The translations under genes were made by a program, and so were the position numbers. Of a DNA stretch of 64,000 bases, positions 29,012 to 39,921 are shown one piece after another (position 1 is the first letter of the stretch; the number at the start of each line of letters is the position of its first letter). The notes under the pieces were generated by a model that saw only the letters and a list, made by a program, of their open reading frames with translations, was not told where the DNA came from and did not search any database. This DNA comes from Bacteroidota bacterium (GTDB taxonomy: Bacteria > Bacteroidota > Bacteroidia > Chitinophagales > LD1). The stretch is from NCBI GenBank assembly GCA_018267385.1, contig JAFDYN010000002.1:130548-194547 (forward strand), in the 5' to 3' direction.

Positions 29012-29659
29012 ATGGAAGATGCATCTTTCTCATCCACAGATTTTCATACTATCTGTGATAAGCTGGCAGATCTAGATGCTGATCTTGGCAAGATCATACT
29101 TCAGCACGGTTATCCGCCGCTGTGGTCGCGGCAGCCGGGTTTTGCTACGCTGGTACACATCATACTGGAGCAGCAGGTGTCTCTGGCCTCTGCCCGCGCT
29201 GCCCTGAATAAGCTGGTAAAAAAGATCGGTACCGTGACTCCATCAAAACTCCTGGCGCTCACAGACGAAGAATTGAAAGATTGCTACTTCAGCCATCAGA
29301 AAATAGTCTATACACGTGACCTGGCTGCGCATGTGCTGGAGGGCAGGCTGCGGCTAGATGCCTTTGACAGGCTATCCAATGAAGAGATCCGCCGCGAGCT
29401 GACTGCCGTGAAGGGAATAGGCCAATGGACCGTAGACGTATACCTCATGATGGTACTACACCGCTGCGATCTTTTCCCTCTGGGAGATATAGCCCTCATT
29501 AATAGTACAAAGACCGTGAAGAACCTACCCGTCACCACCAGCCGCGAGGAGATAGCACTCATGGCCAATAACTGGCAACCTTATCGCACGGTGGCCGCTT
29601 TCCTGCTCTGGCATGCCTATATCATACGGCGGGGCATGAAGGTCACTCCCTATCCGTGA
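29012..29659 (+). CDS. DNA-3-methyladenine glycosylase II-like (HhH-GPD, AlkA family)
   Basis: ILEQQVSLASA, the HhH motif LTAVKGIGQWTVDVYLM and FPLGD. Confidence 0.8.
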   Translation: MEDASFSSTDFHTICDKLADLDADLGKIILQHGYPPLWSRQPGFATLVHIILEQQVSLASARAALNKLVKKIGTVTPSKLLALTDEELKDCYFSHQKIVYTRDLAAHVLEGRLRLDAFDRLSNEEIRRELTAVKGIGQWTVDVYLMMVLHRCDLFPLGDIALINSTKTVKNLPVTTSREEIALMANNWQPYRTVAAFLLWHAYIIRRGMKVTPYP

Positions 29660-29713
29660 TGCGGTTTATTCAGATAAAAACAGCAACTTTACATAGCTAA
29701 ATCAATCCTCTCT

Positions 29714-30448
29714 ATGAAGAAAATAGTACTGCTCATCGCGATCGTCTCTACAGCTATGCATGCCTTCAGTATCAGTGACAAAGTGAAGCTGGGGTTATTT
29801 GCCGCACCGGGGGCCTCATGGATGAAGCCGATGGGAAAAGATATAAGCAAGGGGGTAGCAGGATACGGCATGACCTATGGCCTGAAGATAGAGTACTATT
29901 TCAAAGACCAAAACTATGCGCTGTCTACCGGGCTGTATGGGGGCATGGATATGGGTGGCGTCAAAGGGCGTGATACTTTTACTGTGCTATCCGGTGGCAA
30001 ATCTGTGGTAGAGCGGTACAATACCAATTATATCATGCTCCCCATATATCTGAAGCTGAAGACAAATGCGTTCAAGGACAAATACATCCTCTTTGGCGAG
30101 CTGGGTGGCTCTTTTGTATTTAATGTATCAGCGCGAGCCAACTACAGTGATGGTATCAATCAGGCAGGTACAGTGCCACCCTCGGTAGTCTCCATATCAA
30201 AAGAGAATGTGCTGCAAAATGGCAATGAAGTGCAGAAGCTGATCCCGGACTTCCGCTACCAGGTGTTTGATTTCCGCCTGAGCGTAGGTGGTGGTTTGGA
30301 GTATGTGATCAATGACAAGACATCTGTCTTCTTTGCCCTGCACTATCACAATGGCTTTGTAAACCAGATAAGAGATACCTCCGTGAATCCAAAGAAAGAT
30401 GCCATAGTAGTGCGCAATGTGCTCCTGAGCATTGGCGCAATGTTTTAA
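29714..30448 (+). CDS. outer-membrane beta-barrel (porin-family) protein
   Basis: Signal peptide, alternating beta-strand pattern and a C-terminal aromatic residue (GAMF). Confidence 0.65.
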   Translation: MKKIVLLIAIVSTAMHAFSISDKVKLGLFAAPGASWMKPMGKDISKGVAGYGMTYGLKIEYYFKDQNYALSTGLYGGMDMGGVKGRDTFTVLSGGKSVVERYNTNYIMLPIYLKLKTNAFKDKYILFGELGGSFVFNVSARANYSDGINQAGTVPPSVVSISKENVLQNGNEVQKLIPDFRYQVFDFRLSVGGGLEYVINDKTSVFFALHYHNGFVNQIRDTSVNPKKDAIVVRNVLLSIGAMF

Positions 30449-30457
30449 TGACAATAT

Positions 30458-32089
30458 ATGAAAGTAGGACTCGCCCAGCTCAATATCCATGTGGGCAATT
30501 TCCGGGCTAATACAGATAAAATAATAGCCGCTATCCAGGCTGCAGAGGCGCAGGGTGCTGATCTGGTGGTATTCAGCGAGCTCAGCGTTTGCGGCTACCC
30601 GTCTCGTGATTTTCTCGAGTTTGACGACTATATCTCCAAATGCATCGAAGCAGTAAACGAGATCGCACAGCATACTATGAATGTAGCAGCAGTAGTCGGT
30701 GCACCGGCGCGCAACCCTCGCCCGGAGGGCAAGGATCTTTTCAATGCGGCTTACTTTCTCTATCAGGGCAAGGTGCAAAAGGTGATCCACAAGACACTGC
30801 TTCCTACATATGACATCTTTGATGAGTATCGCTATTTCGAGCCAAATACAATTTTTGAATTAGTAGAGTTTAAGGACCGCAAGCTGGCTATCACCATCTG
30901 TGAGGATATATGGAATGTGGGCAATGAAAACCCGCTGTACGTAGCCTGCCCGATGGATGAACTGATCAAGCTGCAGCCAGACCTGATGATCAATCTTTCT
31001 GCGTCTCCTTTCAGCTACAGGCAGTATCACGAGCGTATGAGCGTAGTACGTGCCAACTGTGACCGCTACCAGCTACCTATGGTATATGTCAATCAGGTGG
31101 GTGCGCAGACGGAGCTGATATTCGACGGAGGCTCTGTAGTCGTAGGCGCGGGTGGCACATTTGCAGCGCAGTTGCCATTCTTTAGTGAAGAACTGCGAGT
31201 GGTAGATCTAGATGATATCAGAGAGCCAGCGCCCTTTGACCTGCCGGCACCTGTATCGCTGATATATGATGCACTGGTTCTGGGCATACGTGATTACTTT
31301 GCCAAGCTCGGCTTCAAAAAGGCTGTCCTTGGCCTCAGCGGGGGAATAGACTCAGCACTGGTACTATGCCTTGCTGCAGCAGCGCTGGGCAAAGACAATG
31401 TACTCTCAGTACTGCTGCCATCTGCCTACTCCAGCGGCCACTCTGTAGATGACTCACTGGCTTTGGTCGGAAATCTCGGTTCGCCACATGAGATCATCCC
31501 TATAGAGGAACCCTTTCAGTCCTATCTCAAAACGCTGCATCCGTTTTTCAAGGATCTGCCCGCCAATGTAGCGGAAGAGAATCTTCAGGCGCGGGTACGA
31601 GGCACACTGCTCATGGCCATGAGCAATAAATTTGGCTATATCCTGCTCAATACGACTAATAAGAGCGAAGCTGCTGTAGGTTACGGTACACTCTATGGTG
31701 ATATGTGCGGTGGCCTGGCTGTACTCGGCGATGTGTATAAAACACAGGTGTACGAACTGGCTCACTATGTCAATCGGAACGGTGAAGTGATCCCGGAAAA
31801 CATCATCACCAAGGCGCCTAGCGCGGAGCTGCGGCCGGGTCAGAAAGACTCTGACTCCCTGCCCGAGTACGACTTACTGGACAAGGTTCTGTATCAGTAT
31901 ATCGAACTGCGTCAAGGGCCTAAAGAATTAATAGCACAGGGCTTTGAAAAAGCGCTGGTAGACCGCATACTGCGTATGGTCAATATGAATGAATGGAAGC
32001 GCTACCAGGCACCACCTATCCTCCGCGTATCACCCAAGGCCTTTGGGATGGGGCGCCGTATGCCGATCGAAGGGCGGTATCTGGGCTAA
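30458..32089 (+). CDS. nadE: glutamine-dependent NAD+ synthetase
   Basis: N-terminal nitrilase/CN-hydrolase domain plus a C-terminal NAD synthetase domain (GLSGGIDSAL PP-loop). Confidence 0.93.
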   Translation: MKVGLAQLNIHVGNFRANTDKIIAAIQAAEAQGADLVVFSELSVCGYPSRDFLEFDDYISKCIEAVNEIAQHTMNVAAVVGAPARNPRPEGKDLFNAAYFLYQGKVQKVIHKTLLPTYDIFDEYRYFEPNTIFELVEFKDRKLAITICEDIWNVGNENPLYVACPMDELIKLQPDLMINLSASPFSYRQYHERMSVVRANCDRYQLPMVYVNQVGAQTELIFDGGSVVVGAGGTFAAQLPFFSEELRVVDLDDIREPAPFDLPAPVSLIYDALVLGIRDYFAKLGFKKAVLGLSGGIDSALVLCLAAAALGKDNVLSVLLPSAYSSGHSVDDSLALVGNLGSPHEIIPIEEPFQSYLKTLHPFFKDLPANVAEENLQARVRGTLLMAMSNKFGYILLNTTNKSEAAVGYGTLYGDMCGGLAVLGDVYKTQVYELAHYVNRNGEVIPENIITKAPSAELRPGQKDSDSLPEYDLLDKVLYQYIELRQGPKELIAQGFEKALVDRILRMVNMNEWKRYQAPPILRVSPKAFGMGRRMPIEGRYLG

Positions 32090-32213
32090 GCCACTGCACC
32101 GCCGGTGCAGTTAAAATAACACAATCTATTGCCCGCTTTAGCGTTACACCCGGTGCCTGTCAGGCATTTTCGTTAATTGTGTTACTTTAGCGCACCCAAA
32201 AAATTGTAGTTTG

Positions 32214-32936
32214 ATGAAGAAAGTACTATTGGTCCTCCTTATGGTCATCTCTGTAGCTGCCGCCTGGGCTCAGACGGACTCTACAGGCAATAACAAACCT
32301 GCCAAGCGGGTAAAGAAGCCATATGTGATGAACGTACCAAAGGATCGCCTGGTACTGGATCTCAACGCTACTAACTGGATACATAAAAGTGAAAACGGGA
32401 TGAAGACCCAGTTCTACTCCCGTGGCCTCAACCTCTATGGCATGTATGATATTCAGATCAAGAAGAGCCGCGTCAGCTTTGCGATAGGTGCAGGTATCAG
32501 CTGGGTCAATATCTACACCAACTCCCGCCTGACCGACTCAGCGGCCAGCGGGGCGCGGTTCCATCCCTATCCTGTGGCCAACTATCATGACTCTATCAAG
32601 ATCAACAAGCTGACAGAGACCTGGATAGATGTACCGCTGGAGCTCCGTATCCGTACCAATAGGGATAAACTGGACCAGGTCTGGAAATTTAATGTGGGTT
32701 TCAAGTTTGGCGTAAAAGTGGACGCTTATACCAAGATCGTATTCAAGAATCCTCATTATAACATCAAGGAAAAGCCATATGGAGACTTCAACCTCTTCCG
32801 TATGGGGCCTACCCTGCGCATAGGGTACAGTAGTTTCAATATCACGGGATACTACGGCCTACTGAATGTATTTAAACAAGGCCGCGGCCCTTCGGCCAAC
32901 GAGTGGTCCCTAGGCATCTCTTTCAACGGACTATAG
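32214..32936 (+). CDS. outer-membrane beta-barrel protein, function unknown
   Basis: The ATG lies 3 nt into the listed TTG ORF. It has a signal peptide (MKKVLLVLLMVISVAAAWAQ) and a beta-strand pattern. Confidence 0.55.
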   Translation: MKKVLLVLLMVISVAAAWAQTDSTGNNKPAKRVKKPYVMNVPKDRLVLDLNATNWIHKSENGMKTQFYSRGLNLYGMYDIQIKKSRVSFAIGAGISWVNIYTNSRLTDSAASGARFHPYPVANYHDSIKINKLTETWIDVPLELRIRTNRDKLDQVWKFNVGFKFGVKVDAYTKIVFKNPHYNIKEKPYGDFNLFRMGPTLRIGYSSFNITGYYGLLNVFKQGRGPSANEWSLGISFNGL

Positions 32937-32984
32937 TAGCTGCGGTGCAATATGCCTGCCGCACATTTCGTCTATCTTAGCAGT

Positions 32985-33218
32985 ATGCTTTCCGCTATAG
33001 GCAGATTTTTTTCGCAGATACTGGTATACCTGATCAGGGGCTATCAGTTGCTAATATCGCCGCACCTGCCCCGCAGCTGCCGCTACACACCCACCTGCAG
33101 CCAGTACGGCATCCAGGCCCTGCAAAAGCACGGCCCTATCAAAGGCAGCTACCTGACCATCAAGCGCATCCTATCATGCCATCCCTGGGGTGGGCATGGA
33201 TATGATCCTGTGCCTTGA
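32985..33218 (+). CDS. yidD: membrane protein insertion efficiency factor
   Basis: [21 protein letters not shown]...HG..KG..L...[16 protein letters not shown]. The start is taken at the internal ATG. Confidence 0.85.
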   Translation: MLSAIGRFFSQILVYLIRGYQLLISPHLPRSCRYTPTCSQYGIQALQKHGPIKGSYLTIKRILSCHPWGGHGYDPVP

Positions 33219-33374
33219 TACCGCGATCCGGATATCCACTCTCATTTCAAACAAATAACTGGTCATGCACAAGGGTCATGCCGGCTGACACTCATTTGCA
33301 GAGGATGCAAAAACTGGTTAGCTACTATACCGGGAAACCGAAACCCACCCCGGTTCTGATCCTATTGACTCGGT

Positions 33375-36134
33375 CTACTCTGGTTCCTGACCGAGTACGA
33401 TGTTGATCCGGCCGTTAGGGTTGGCCTTGCTGCCGCTGCTGTATATCACCTTATCCAGCGGGAAGCCATAATCCAGACCAAGAAGGCCAAACATAGGCAG
33501 GAATACCCGTACACCTATACCCACAGACTTATTGAGCATATATGGACGGTAGTCCCTTATGTCCTGCCATGTATTGCCACCCTCCAGGAAGGCCAGTGCA
33601 AAGATCGTGGCAGATGGGTTGAGCGATATAGGGTAGCGTATCTCCGCAGTGAACTTATTGAAGATGGCCGCGCCGGCTATGGTAGCAGGCGGCGAGGTAG
33701 GGCTGATCACATCATAGCCCCGCAGACGCACGATCTCCTTGCCCAGGATAGAGTAGGTACTGATACCATCTCCACCTACCTCAAAACGTTCAAACGGAGA
33801 AAGGCCCAGCTTTGAATTGTACGTACCGAGGAAGCCAAACTTTGCCGAAGCACGGAATACGAGATTCTGATAGATAGTAGTGTACCAGTCTGCAAAGAAT
33901 TTCACCTTGAAGAATTCTATATACTTATATCTCTGCTCAGGTGTCACAGTGGTATCAGCATAGTTGATCCTCTTCAAGGCCGGGAAGATCTTGGAGTACG
34001 GCAGGGTGCCGGTCACAGACAGCATAAAGCTGGAACCATGCTTAGGATATAGTACCTGGTCCAGAGAGTTGCGGCTCAGGATCAGAGAGAGATTCAGGTT
34101 ATGCGAGTTGCCCGCGCCGGTACCATTATCATAAGAGAAAATAGGCAGGTAAGAGGAGTTGACGATCTGATAGTACTGATAGGTCAGAGCCGCCTCAAAG
34201 GTAAAGAAGTCATCCGGCTTCTTGAGTCGGGTAGCCCATGATACCGTACCCCCTGTAGAGAAGTAGTGACCAGTAGAGGCATAGGTCAAGCCGTTATCAT
34301 AAGAGTAAATATTGGTCCGGTTGAAAGCAAATGTGAGTGAGTTAGGCTTCTTGCCACCCAGCCACGGCTCGGTGAAAGACAAAGTGTAAAACTGGCTCAT
34401 TTTGCCACCGCTCTGCACGCGCAGGCTCAGGCGCTGGCCATCACCACTTGGTAGCGGATTCCATGACTTTTTGTCTATGATATTGCGCAGTGAGAAGTTT
34501 GTAAATGTGACCCCCAGCGTGCCGGTGAGGCCATAGTTAGATCCGCCATAGCCGGCAGAGAGCTCCAGCTGGTCAGATGGTTTCTCAGTCACCCTGTACT
34601 CTATATCCACTGTCCCGTTTTCAGCATTGGGTATAGGGACCACATCCAGCTGCTGCGGGTCAAAGTACCCGAGATTGATGATCTCGCGCTGTGAGCGGAT
34701 CAGGTCCGAGCGGCTGAATTTATTGCCCGGCAGGGTACGCAGCTCACGTCGTATGACCTTCTCATTTGTTTTAGTATTGCCATAGATGCGTACCTCATTG
34801 ATGGTAGCCTGAGGCCCCTCTGTGATACGCAACTCTACGTCTATAGAGTCTCCATCCACTTTCACCTCTGCAGGTGTGATGGAGAAAAACAAGTAGCCGT
34901 CATCCATATACAGTGAGCTCACATCCCCCCCGTTTGGATTGGAGAAGAGCTTTTCCTCCAGGGCGTGGGCATTGTACACTTCGCCTTTATGTATGTTGAT
35001 GATCTTAGCCAAGATACTGTCCGGGTATTTTGTATTGCCATTAAAGTAGATATTGCGGAAGTAGTAGCGATGGCCCTCGTCTATTTTGATGTTTACGATC
35101 AGATTCTGACTATCGGTACGCAGTTCTCCATTGCCATCTACATAGCTGGCGCGGTACACCGTATCAAAGGTGATACGTGCATCCCGGTACCCCTTGCTAT
35201 TGTAAAACTCAATGAGCTTCTTTTTGTCATCTTCAAATTCTTTGCGGCGGAATTTGGAAGCTTTGAAGATGTTCAGGTTTACAAAGTGCTCCAGGTAGTA
35301 ATACCAACTGACGGGCGAGAGACTCCCTGGTACCGTATACCACTTAGGGTGGTAGCCAAATTTCTTAAAGTTACTCTTGAAGCGGAGGATACTGTCCATC
35401 TGAAACTTGACCCGCTCCTTTGTTTCCTTCATTTTATGCTTTAGCATAGGCTCAGAAAACGCCTGAGCTCCTTCAAAGTTGATAGCGCGTATTTTGACAG
35501 CTTCACCCTTATCCACATAAAAAACAATGTGATTGGAGTTTCTCATGGACACGCTCCGGGATGTATCACGTGTCTCTCTGACCGCCACCTGCACATTCAG
35601 AAATCCCTTGTCTATATAATAATTGCGAATGACCTCGACGGATTTTTTGCGGAGGTTATCACTAAAGATAATGCCAGAGCGGAGATCAAGTTTCTTCTTC
35701 AGCTCCTCTACGTCTGAATTTTTGATACCCTTAAACTGATAGCCCCCTATGCGCGGGCGGTCCTGCACAGTGATCTCCAGAAAGACCTCATCACCCACTA
35801 TTTTTTCAATATCGATGGAGAGATCTGTAAAGAGTCGTTGCTTCCAGAGATTTTTTATCGCCTTGGATATCTCCTCGCCGGGTATTTTGATCTTCTCTCC
35901 CTGGCGCAGGCCGGACAGAGATATGAGGATGGACTTTTCCAGATTTTCGGTACCCCTCACACCTATATGCGCTATCGTATATTCACGCGGAGTAGTGTAG
36001 TCTATATTTACGCTGGTGATCGTATCCGCCTGCGCCGAGGCAGTGAGACCGGATAGCATGCACACAGCTACCAGCAGGCATATCAGACGACCCAGATGAC
36101 CATGTATATTTTTTGCTATGCTACCTTGATTCAC
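33375..36134 (-). CDS. bamA: outer membrane protein assembly factor
   Basis: 919 aa with repeated POTRA modules and a C-terminal Omp85 barrel, directly downstream of uppS as in many Bacteroidota. Confidence 0.92.
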   Translation of the reverse strand: MNQGSIAKNIHGHLGRLICLLVAVCMLSGLTASAQADTITSVNIDYTTPREYTIAHIGVRGTENLEKSILISLSGLRQGEKIKIPGEEISKAIKNLWKQRLFTDLSIDIEKIVGDEVFLEITVQDRPRIGGYQFKGIKNSDVEELKKKLDLRSGIIFSDNLRKKSVEVIRNYYIDKGFLNVQVAVRETRDTSRSVSMRNSNHIVFYVDKGEAVKIRAINFEGAQAFSEPMLKHKMKETKERVKFQMDSILRFKSNFKKFGYHPKWYTVPGSLSPVSWYYYLEHFVNLNIFKASKFRRKEFEDDKKKLIEFYNSKGYRDARITFDTVYRASYVDGNGELRTDSQNLIVNIKIDEGHRYYFRNIYFNGNTKYPDSILAKIINIHKGEVYNAHALEEKLFSNPNGGDVSSLYMDDGYLFFSITPAEVKVDGDSIDVELRITEGPQATINEVRIYGNTKTNEKVIRRELRTLPGNKFSRSDLIRSQREIINLGYFDPQQLDVVPIPNAENGTVDIEYRVTEKPSDQLELSAGYGGSNYGLTGTLGVTFTNFSLRNIIDKKSWNPLPSGDGQRLSLRVQSGGKMSQFYTLSFTEPWLGGKKPNSLTFAFNRTNIYSYDNGLTYASTGHYFSTGGTVSWATRLKKPDDFFTFEAALTYQYYQIVNSSYLPIFSYDNGTGAGNSHNLNLSLILSRNSLDQVLYPKHGSSFMLSVTGTLPYSKIFPALKRINYADTTVTPEQRYKYIEFFKVKFFADWYTTIYQNLVFRASAKFGFLGTYNSKLGLSPFERFEVGGDGISTYSILGKEIVRLRGYDVISPTSPPATIAGAAIFNKFTAEIRYPISLNPSATIFALAFLEGGNTWQDIRDYRPYMLNKSVGIGVRVFLPMFGLLGLDYGFPLDKVIYSSGSKANPNGRINIVLGQEPE

Positions 36135-36163
36135 TTGTATGCTTTACTATCTCTCTTAATCTT

Positions 36164-36916
36164 TTATTTCCCTTCCTCCTTCACCTGCTCCGTTGTCTTG
36201 CCAAACCTGCGCTCTCTATTCTGATAGGTCAGGATAGCCCGGTACAGCTCCTCGCGATCAAACTCCGGCCAGAACTTCTCCGTAAAATAAAACTCTGCGT
36301 ACGCCAGCTGCCACAGCAGAAAGTTGCTGATGCGCTGCTCGCCGCTGGTACGTATCATCAGCTCAGGATCAGGTATACCTGCCGTATACAGCTGGTCTGT
36401 GACCATCTGCTCGGTGATATCCTCTGGTGTCAGCGTACCAGCCTTGGCCGCCGCTGCCATCTGCTTTACAGCACGCACTATCTCTGCCTTGCCACTATAG
36501 TTTAGCGCCAGTATCAGATCCATGCGGCTATTGCCGGCGGTATCAGCTATGGCCTGGCGCAGCTCCCGCGCGGTACTGGCCGGCAGCGCATCCATATCAC
36601 CTATAGCCCTGAGGCGTATATTGTTTTTCTGCAGGGTCTTGATCTCTGAGCGGGTGGTCTTGAGCAGCAGGTCCATGAGTCCCGTCACCTCGAGGATCGG
36701 GCGGTTCCAGTTTTCTGTAGAGAAGGCATACAAGGTCAGGTATTTGACACCCAACTCTGCACAACCCTCCGATACCTCGCGTACCGCAGATACACCATTA
36801 CTATGTCCAAAGAGCCTGTTCTTGCCCTGAGACTTGGCCCAACGGCCATTGCCATCCATGATGATGGCTATGTGCTGCGGGAGCCGGGTCTGGTCTATCG
36901 AGTCTTTGAGGCTCAT
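36164..36916 (-). CDS. uppS: isoprenyl transferase (undecaprenyl diphosphate synthase)
   Basis: HIAIIMDGNGRWA, TLYAFSTENW.RP and IRTSGEQRISNFLLWQLAYAE. Confidence 0.93.
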   Translation of the reverse strand: MSLKDSIDQTRLPQHIAIIMDGNGRWAKSQGKNRLFGHSNGVSAVREVSEGCAELGVKYLTLYAFSTENWNRPILEVTGLMDLLLKTTRSEIKTLQKNNIRLRAIGDMDALPASTARELRQAIADTAGNSRMDLILALNYSGKAEIVRAVKQMAAAAKAGTLTPEDITEQMVTDQLYTAGIPDPELMIRTSGEQRISNFLLWQLAYAEFYFTEKFWPEFDREELYRAILTYQNRERRFGKTTEQVKEEGK

Positions 36917-37202
36917 CTATGGGCTTTGCATTAAACGCCGGATGGTCAAAATATTTTGATCCTGATCAGGCTACGGCTTAATTTAACAATTATACGAAAG
37001 TCGGCAAATATAGCCAATTTGGCGGGTACTCAAAGATGGTGGCGGCCAGCCGGCCTGGCCTGCGGTGAAAAGGTTCCTTTATAAGTTTTTTTGGCAAGTA
37101 GCCTGTCTTGATGGCATTTTGCCGGCAGGGATGGGTCGTTTGTTGCGCAATATTTTGAAATCATTCTAAATATGCCATTTTTGAGATACAACAATTACAT
37201 AA

Positions 37203-38516
37203 ATGAAAAAACTCTTTACCCTCTGCCTCATAGCCATGAGCCTGGCTGCTGCGGCACAATCTCAGCACCGCATACTCTGTGGCAATGAATACCTACTGGA
37301 TCTCACCGAGCAGCGCCACCCGGGCTACAAGGCTGCCGTGCAGCAGGCTTTTGACCGGGCCAAAAATCATAGCGCCAGCCGGGCTACCAATGCGGTGACC
37401 TATACCATACCTATCATCTTTCACGTAGTATATGGTGCGGCGGCGGAGAACCTGGACGATAGTGTCCTGCAGTCTGAGATAGCAGTACTGAATGCTGACT
37501 ATAGCCGCACCAATGCCGATGCGGTGAATACGATCGCTTACTTTGACAGTGTGGGGGCAGATACACATATACAGTTTACGCTTCACAGCACGGTGCGCGT
37601 ACAGACCAGCAATCAGTTTACCCTGGACCTATTCACCGGCCTGCCGGACTCGCTGATCAAGCTGAGCGCAGCCGGTGGTGATGATGCCGTAGATCCTGAC
37701 CACTACCTCAATATATGGATCGTAAACCTGCAGCCGTCACTTTTCGGCCAGCTGCTGGGCTACTCCTATCCGCCGGATGGCCTGCCAAACTGGCCTGCAG
37801 GACAGTCATCTGCCGCACCTCAGCAGGGCTACGATGGTGTGGTGCTCGACTACCGTACGGTAGGTGCCAATAATCCCAATCCCATCAACTTTAGTGGTAT
37901 GAACCTCGTGATCCGTGGCCGCACAGGTACCCATGAGATAGGGCACTACCTTGGCCTCCGCCACATCTGGGGCGATGGAGCTACTTTCGGTACCAACGAC
38001 TGCCAGCAAAGTGATGGTATAGATGATACGCCGTTTGCTAATACGCAATCTAACTTTGACTGCGATACAACCCGCAATACCTGCACCCAGGCAGAGGCCT
38101 ACTACGGTGCCGATGCTCCTGACATGGTGCAGAACTATATGGACTACTCCTCTGAAGAGTGCATGAACCTCTTCACCAAAGGCCAGGCTGCCCTCATGCA
38201 GAACACGCTGGAGGTGAACCGTCCGAACCTGGCGACCAAGTCCTACCCGCTCGGTGTGTCGCAGGCTGTAGCCAACACAGTAGCTATCTATCCTAACCCG
38301 ACTACTGGCATAGTATACATCCGCTACGCGCAAAACTCAGATGCAGCTACTACAGCTACTGTCTATAATATGCTCGGCGAAACAATGGCGGTAACCCAAT
38401 CAACAGCTGTCGGCGCTATAAAACTGGATATGAGTGCCCTCTCGGGTGGTGTCTATACCATAGACCTGCTGAAAGATGGTCAGCATACAACAAAGAAAGT
38501 GGTGCTGAATAAATAA
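37203..38516 (+). CDS. M43 (pappalysin/cytophagalysin-like) zinc metalloprotease with a T9SS C-terminal domain
   Basis: HEIGHYLGLRHIWGD zinc site, a signal peptide, and the C-terminal VAIYPNPTTGIVYI...GVYTIDLL....KKVVLNK. Confidence 0.8.
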   Translation: MKKLFTLCLIAMSLAAAAQSQHRILCGNEYLLDLTEQRHPGYKAAVQQAFDRAKNHSASRATNAVTYTIPIIFHVVYGAAAENLDDSVLQSEIAVLNADYSRTNADAVNTIAYFDSVGADTHIQFTLHSTVRVQTSNQFTLDLFTGLPDSLIKLSAAGGDDAVDPDHYLNIWIVNLQPSLFGQLLGYSYPPDGLPNWPAGQSSAAPQQGYDGVVLDYRTVGANNPNPINFSGMNLVIRGRTGTHEIGHYLGLRHIWGDGATFGTNDCQQSDGIDDTPFANTQSNFDCDTTRNTCTQAEAYYGADAPDMVQNYMDYSSEECMNLFTKGQAALMQNTLEVNRPNLATKSYPLGVSQAVANTVAIYPNPTTGIVYIRYAQNSDAATTATVYNMLGETMAVTQSTAVGAIKLDMSALSGGVYTIDLLKDGQHTTKKVVLNK

Positions 38517-38542
38517 GCATATAATTTACAATCACATCTTGA

Positions 38543-38579
38543 GATGCCATCCCTGAGAGGGATGGCATCGTTATTTTTA
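38543..38579 (+). terminator. rho-independent terminator
   Basis: GATGCCATCCC-TGAGA-GGGATGGCATC, followed by GTTATTTTT. Confidence 0.75.
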
Positions 38580-38650
38580 GTAAGCTCCAAAGGAGCGGAG
38601 CGCCTCAAGCGTAGAGCATCGCCCTACGTAATCTGATCATAAAACAAGTG

Positions 38651-39238
38651 TTACTTCTTCTTAGCCCGCCAGCAGTCGGATGTATGATCATCTACGATAC
38701 CCGTAGCCTGCATAAAGGCATAGCAGATCGTCCCGCCCAGAAACTTAAAGCCCCGCTTCTGCAGGTCTTTGGTGATCTTCTTTGACAGGTCAGTGATAGG
38801 CGGCACATCGCGCAGCGTAGCTGGCCTGTTCACCACAGGCTTGCCACCGGTGAAGCTCCAGATATATTTATCAAAAGAGCCAAACTCCTTCTGTACTTCC
38901 ATGAAGCGCTGGGCATTATTCACTGCTGCCTCTATTTTCAGCCTGTTGCGAATGATACCTTCATCCTGCATCAGCGCCTCTTTCTTCCTTGCATCAAATT
39001 TCGCCACCTTCTTCACATCAAAACCTGCAAAAGCCTTGCGGAAGTTCTCGCGTTTGCGCAGGATCGTGAGCCAGCTCAGCCCCGCCTGGAAGCTCTCAAG
39101 TACCAGAAACTCAAAGAATACAGTATCATCATGCACAGGTCGACCCCATTCTTTATCATGGTAGTCTATATAGATGTCATCTGCAGTGCACCATGCACAG
39201 CGCGTTTTGTTGTCTTTCGGTTTAGTAGCGGTAGCCAT
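38651..39238 (-). CDS. tag: DNA-3-methyladenine glycosylase I
   Basis: RCAWC....Y..YHD.EWG.P.HDD..FFEFL.LE.FQAGLSW..IL.KR..F. The start is taken at the internal Met (MATATKPK). Confidence 0.9.
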   Translation of the reverse strand: MATATKPKDNKTRCAWCTADDIYIDYHDKEWGRPVHDDTVFFEFLVLESFQAGLSWLTILRKRENFRKAFAGFDVKKVAKFDARKKEALMQDEGIIRNRLKIEAAVNNAQRFMEVQKEFGSFDKYIWSFTGGKPVVNRPATLRDVPPITDLSKKITKDLQKRGFKFLGGTICYAFMQATGIVDDHTSDCWRAKKK

Positions 39239-39292
39239 GTGATGAATGTACCGAAAGATTGATAATTTCGATAGCACTAAAAAACTGTTGCT

Positions 39293-39694
39293 ATGAAGTT
39301 TGCCGGTATCGCACTGATGTCCCTCTTTCTTTTAGGCAAAGATAAAACCACGATACAAGTCAATCCGGCCTACTACGGTAGCTATGCCAAACAGGATGCT
39401 AAAGAGCGCGAATGGCTGCTAAAACCCGGTAATAAACCGGATAGGGTAAACTTCTATCAGAATAGCGACACGGTGCACTATCTCTTTTATGTAGTGATGA
39501 AAGATTCGGTACACTTCAGTACCAAGGGCGAATTTGCCGAGCAGCCTGATGGCCAGCCTACCCGCTACTGGAGCGCCAAGGGAGAGTTTTTGCCTGATGG
39601 TCAGATGAAGATGGCCGTCAAGACCTCTGACGCACTGATGAAACTTACAGTAGACCTGGAGGCACAAGAGAAAGTACTTTATATAAAGAAGTGA
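39293..39694 (+). CDS. hypothetical secreted protein
   Basis: 133-aa ORF with a hydrophobic N terminus. I recognised no family. Confidence 0.45.
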   Translation: MKFAGIALMSLFLLGKDKTTIQVNPAYYGSYAKQDAKEREWLLKPGNKPDRVNFYQNSDTVHYLFYVVMKDSVHFSTKGEFAEQPDGQPTRYWSAKGEFLPDGQMKMAVKTSDALMKLTVDLEAQEKVLYIKK

Positions 39695-39921
39695 CAGCCT
39701 ATAAAAAGACTAGCTGCTTTTCGGACAGCGATAATGAGCGTCCCACTTTTTTTACGCTTTAGCATTTTTGCGGTTGACCCGTATTGGATGCGGTCAATAT
39801 TTGTTAATTTCTTCATCCATCCAAAATAAGAATCCGTACTTTCAGTTTGTGAATGTAGGCTACCTGCACAGGTGGCATGATTTTTTCGCTTTTTACCCAA
39901 CCTAACTTTTAAATATCCTAC

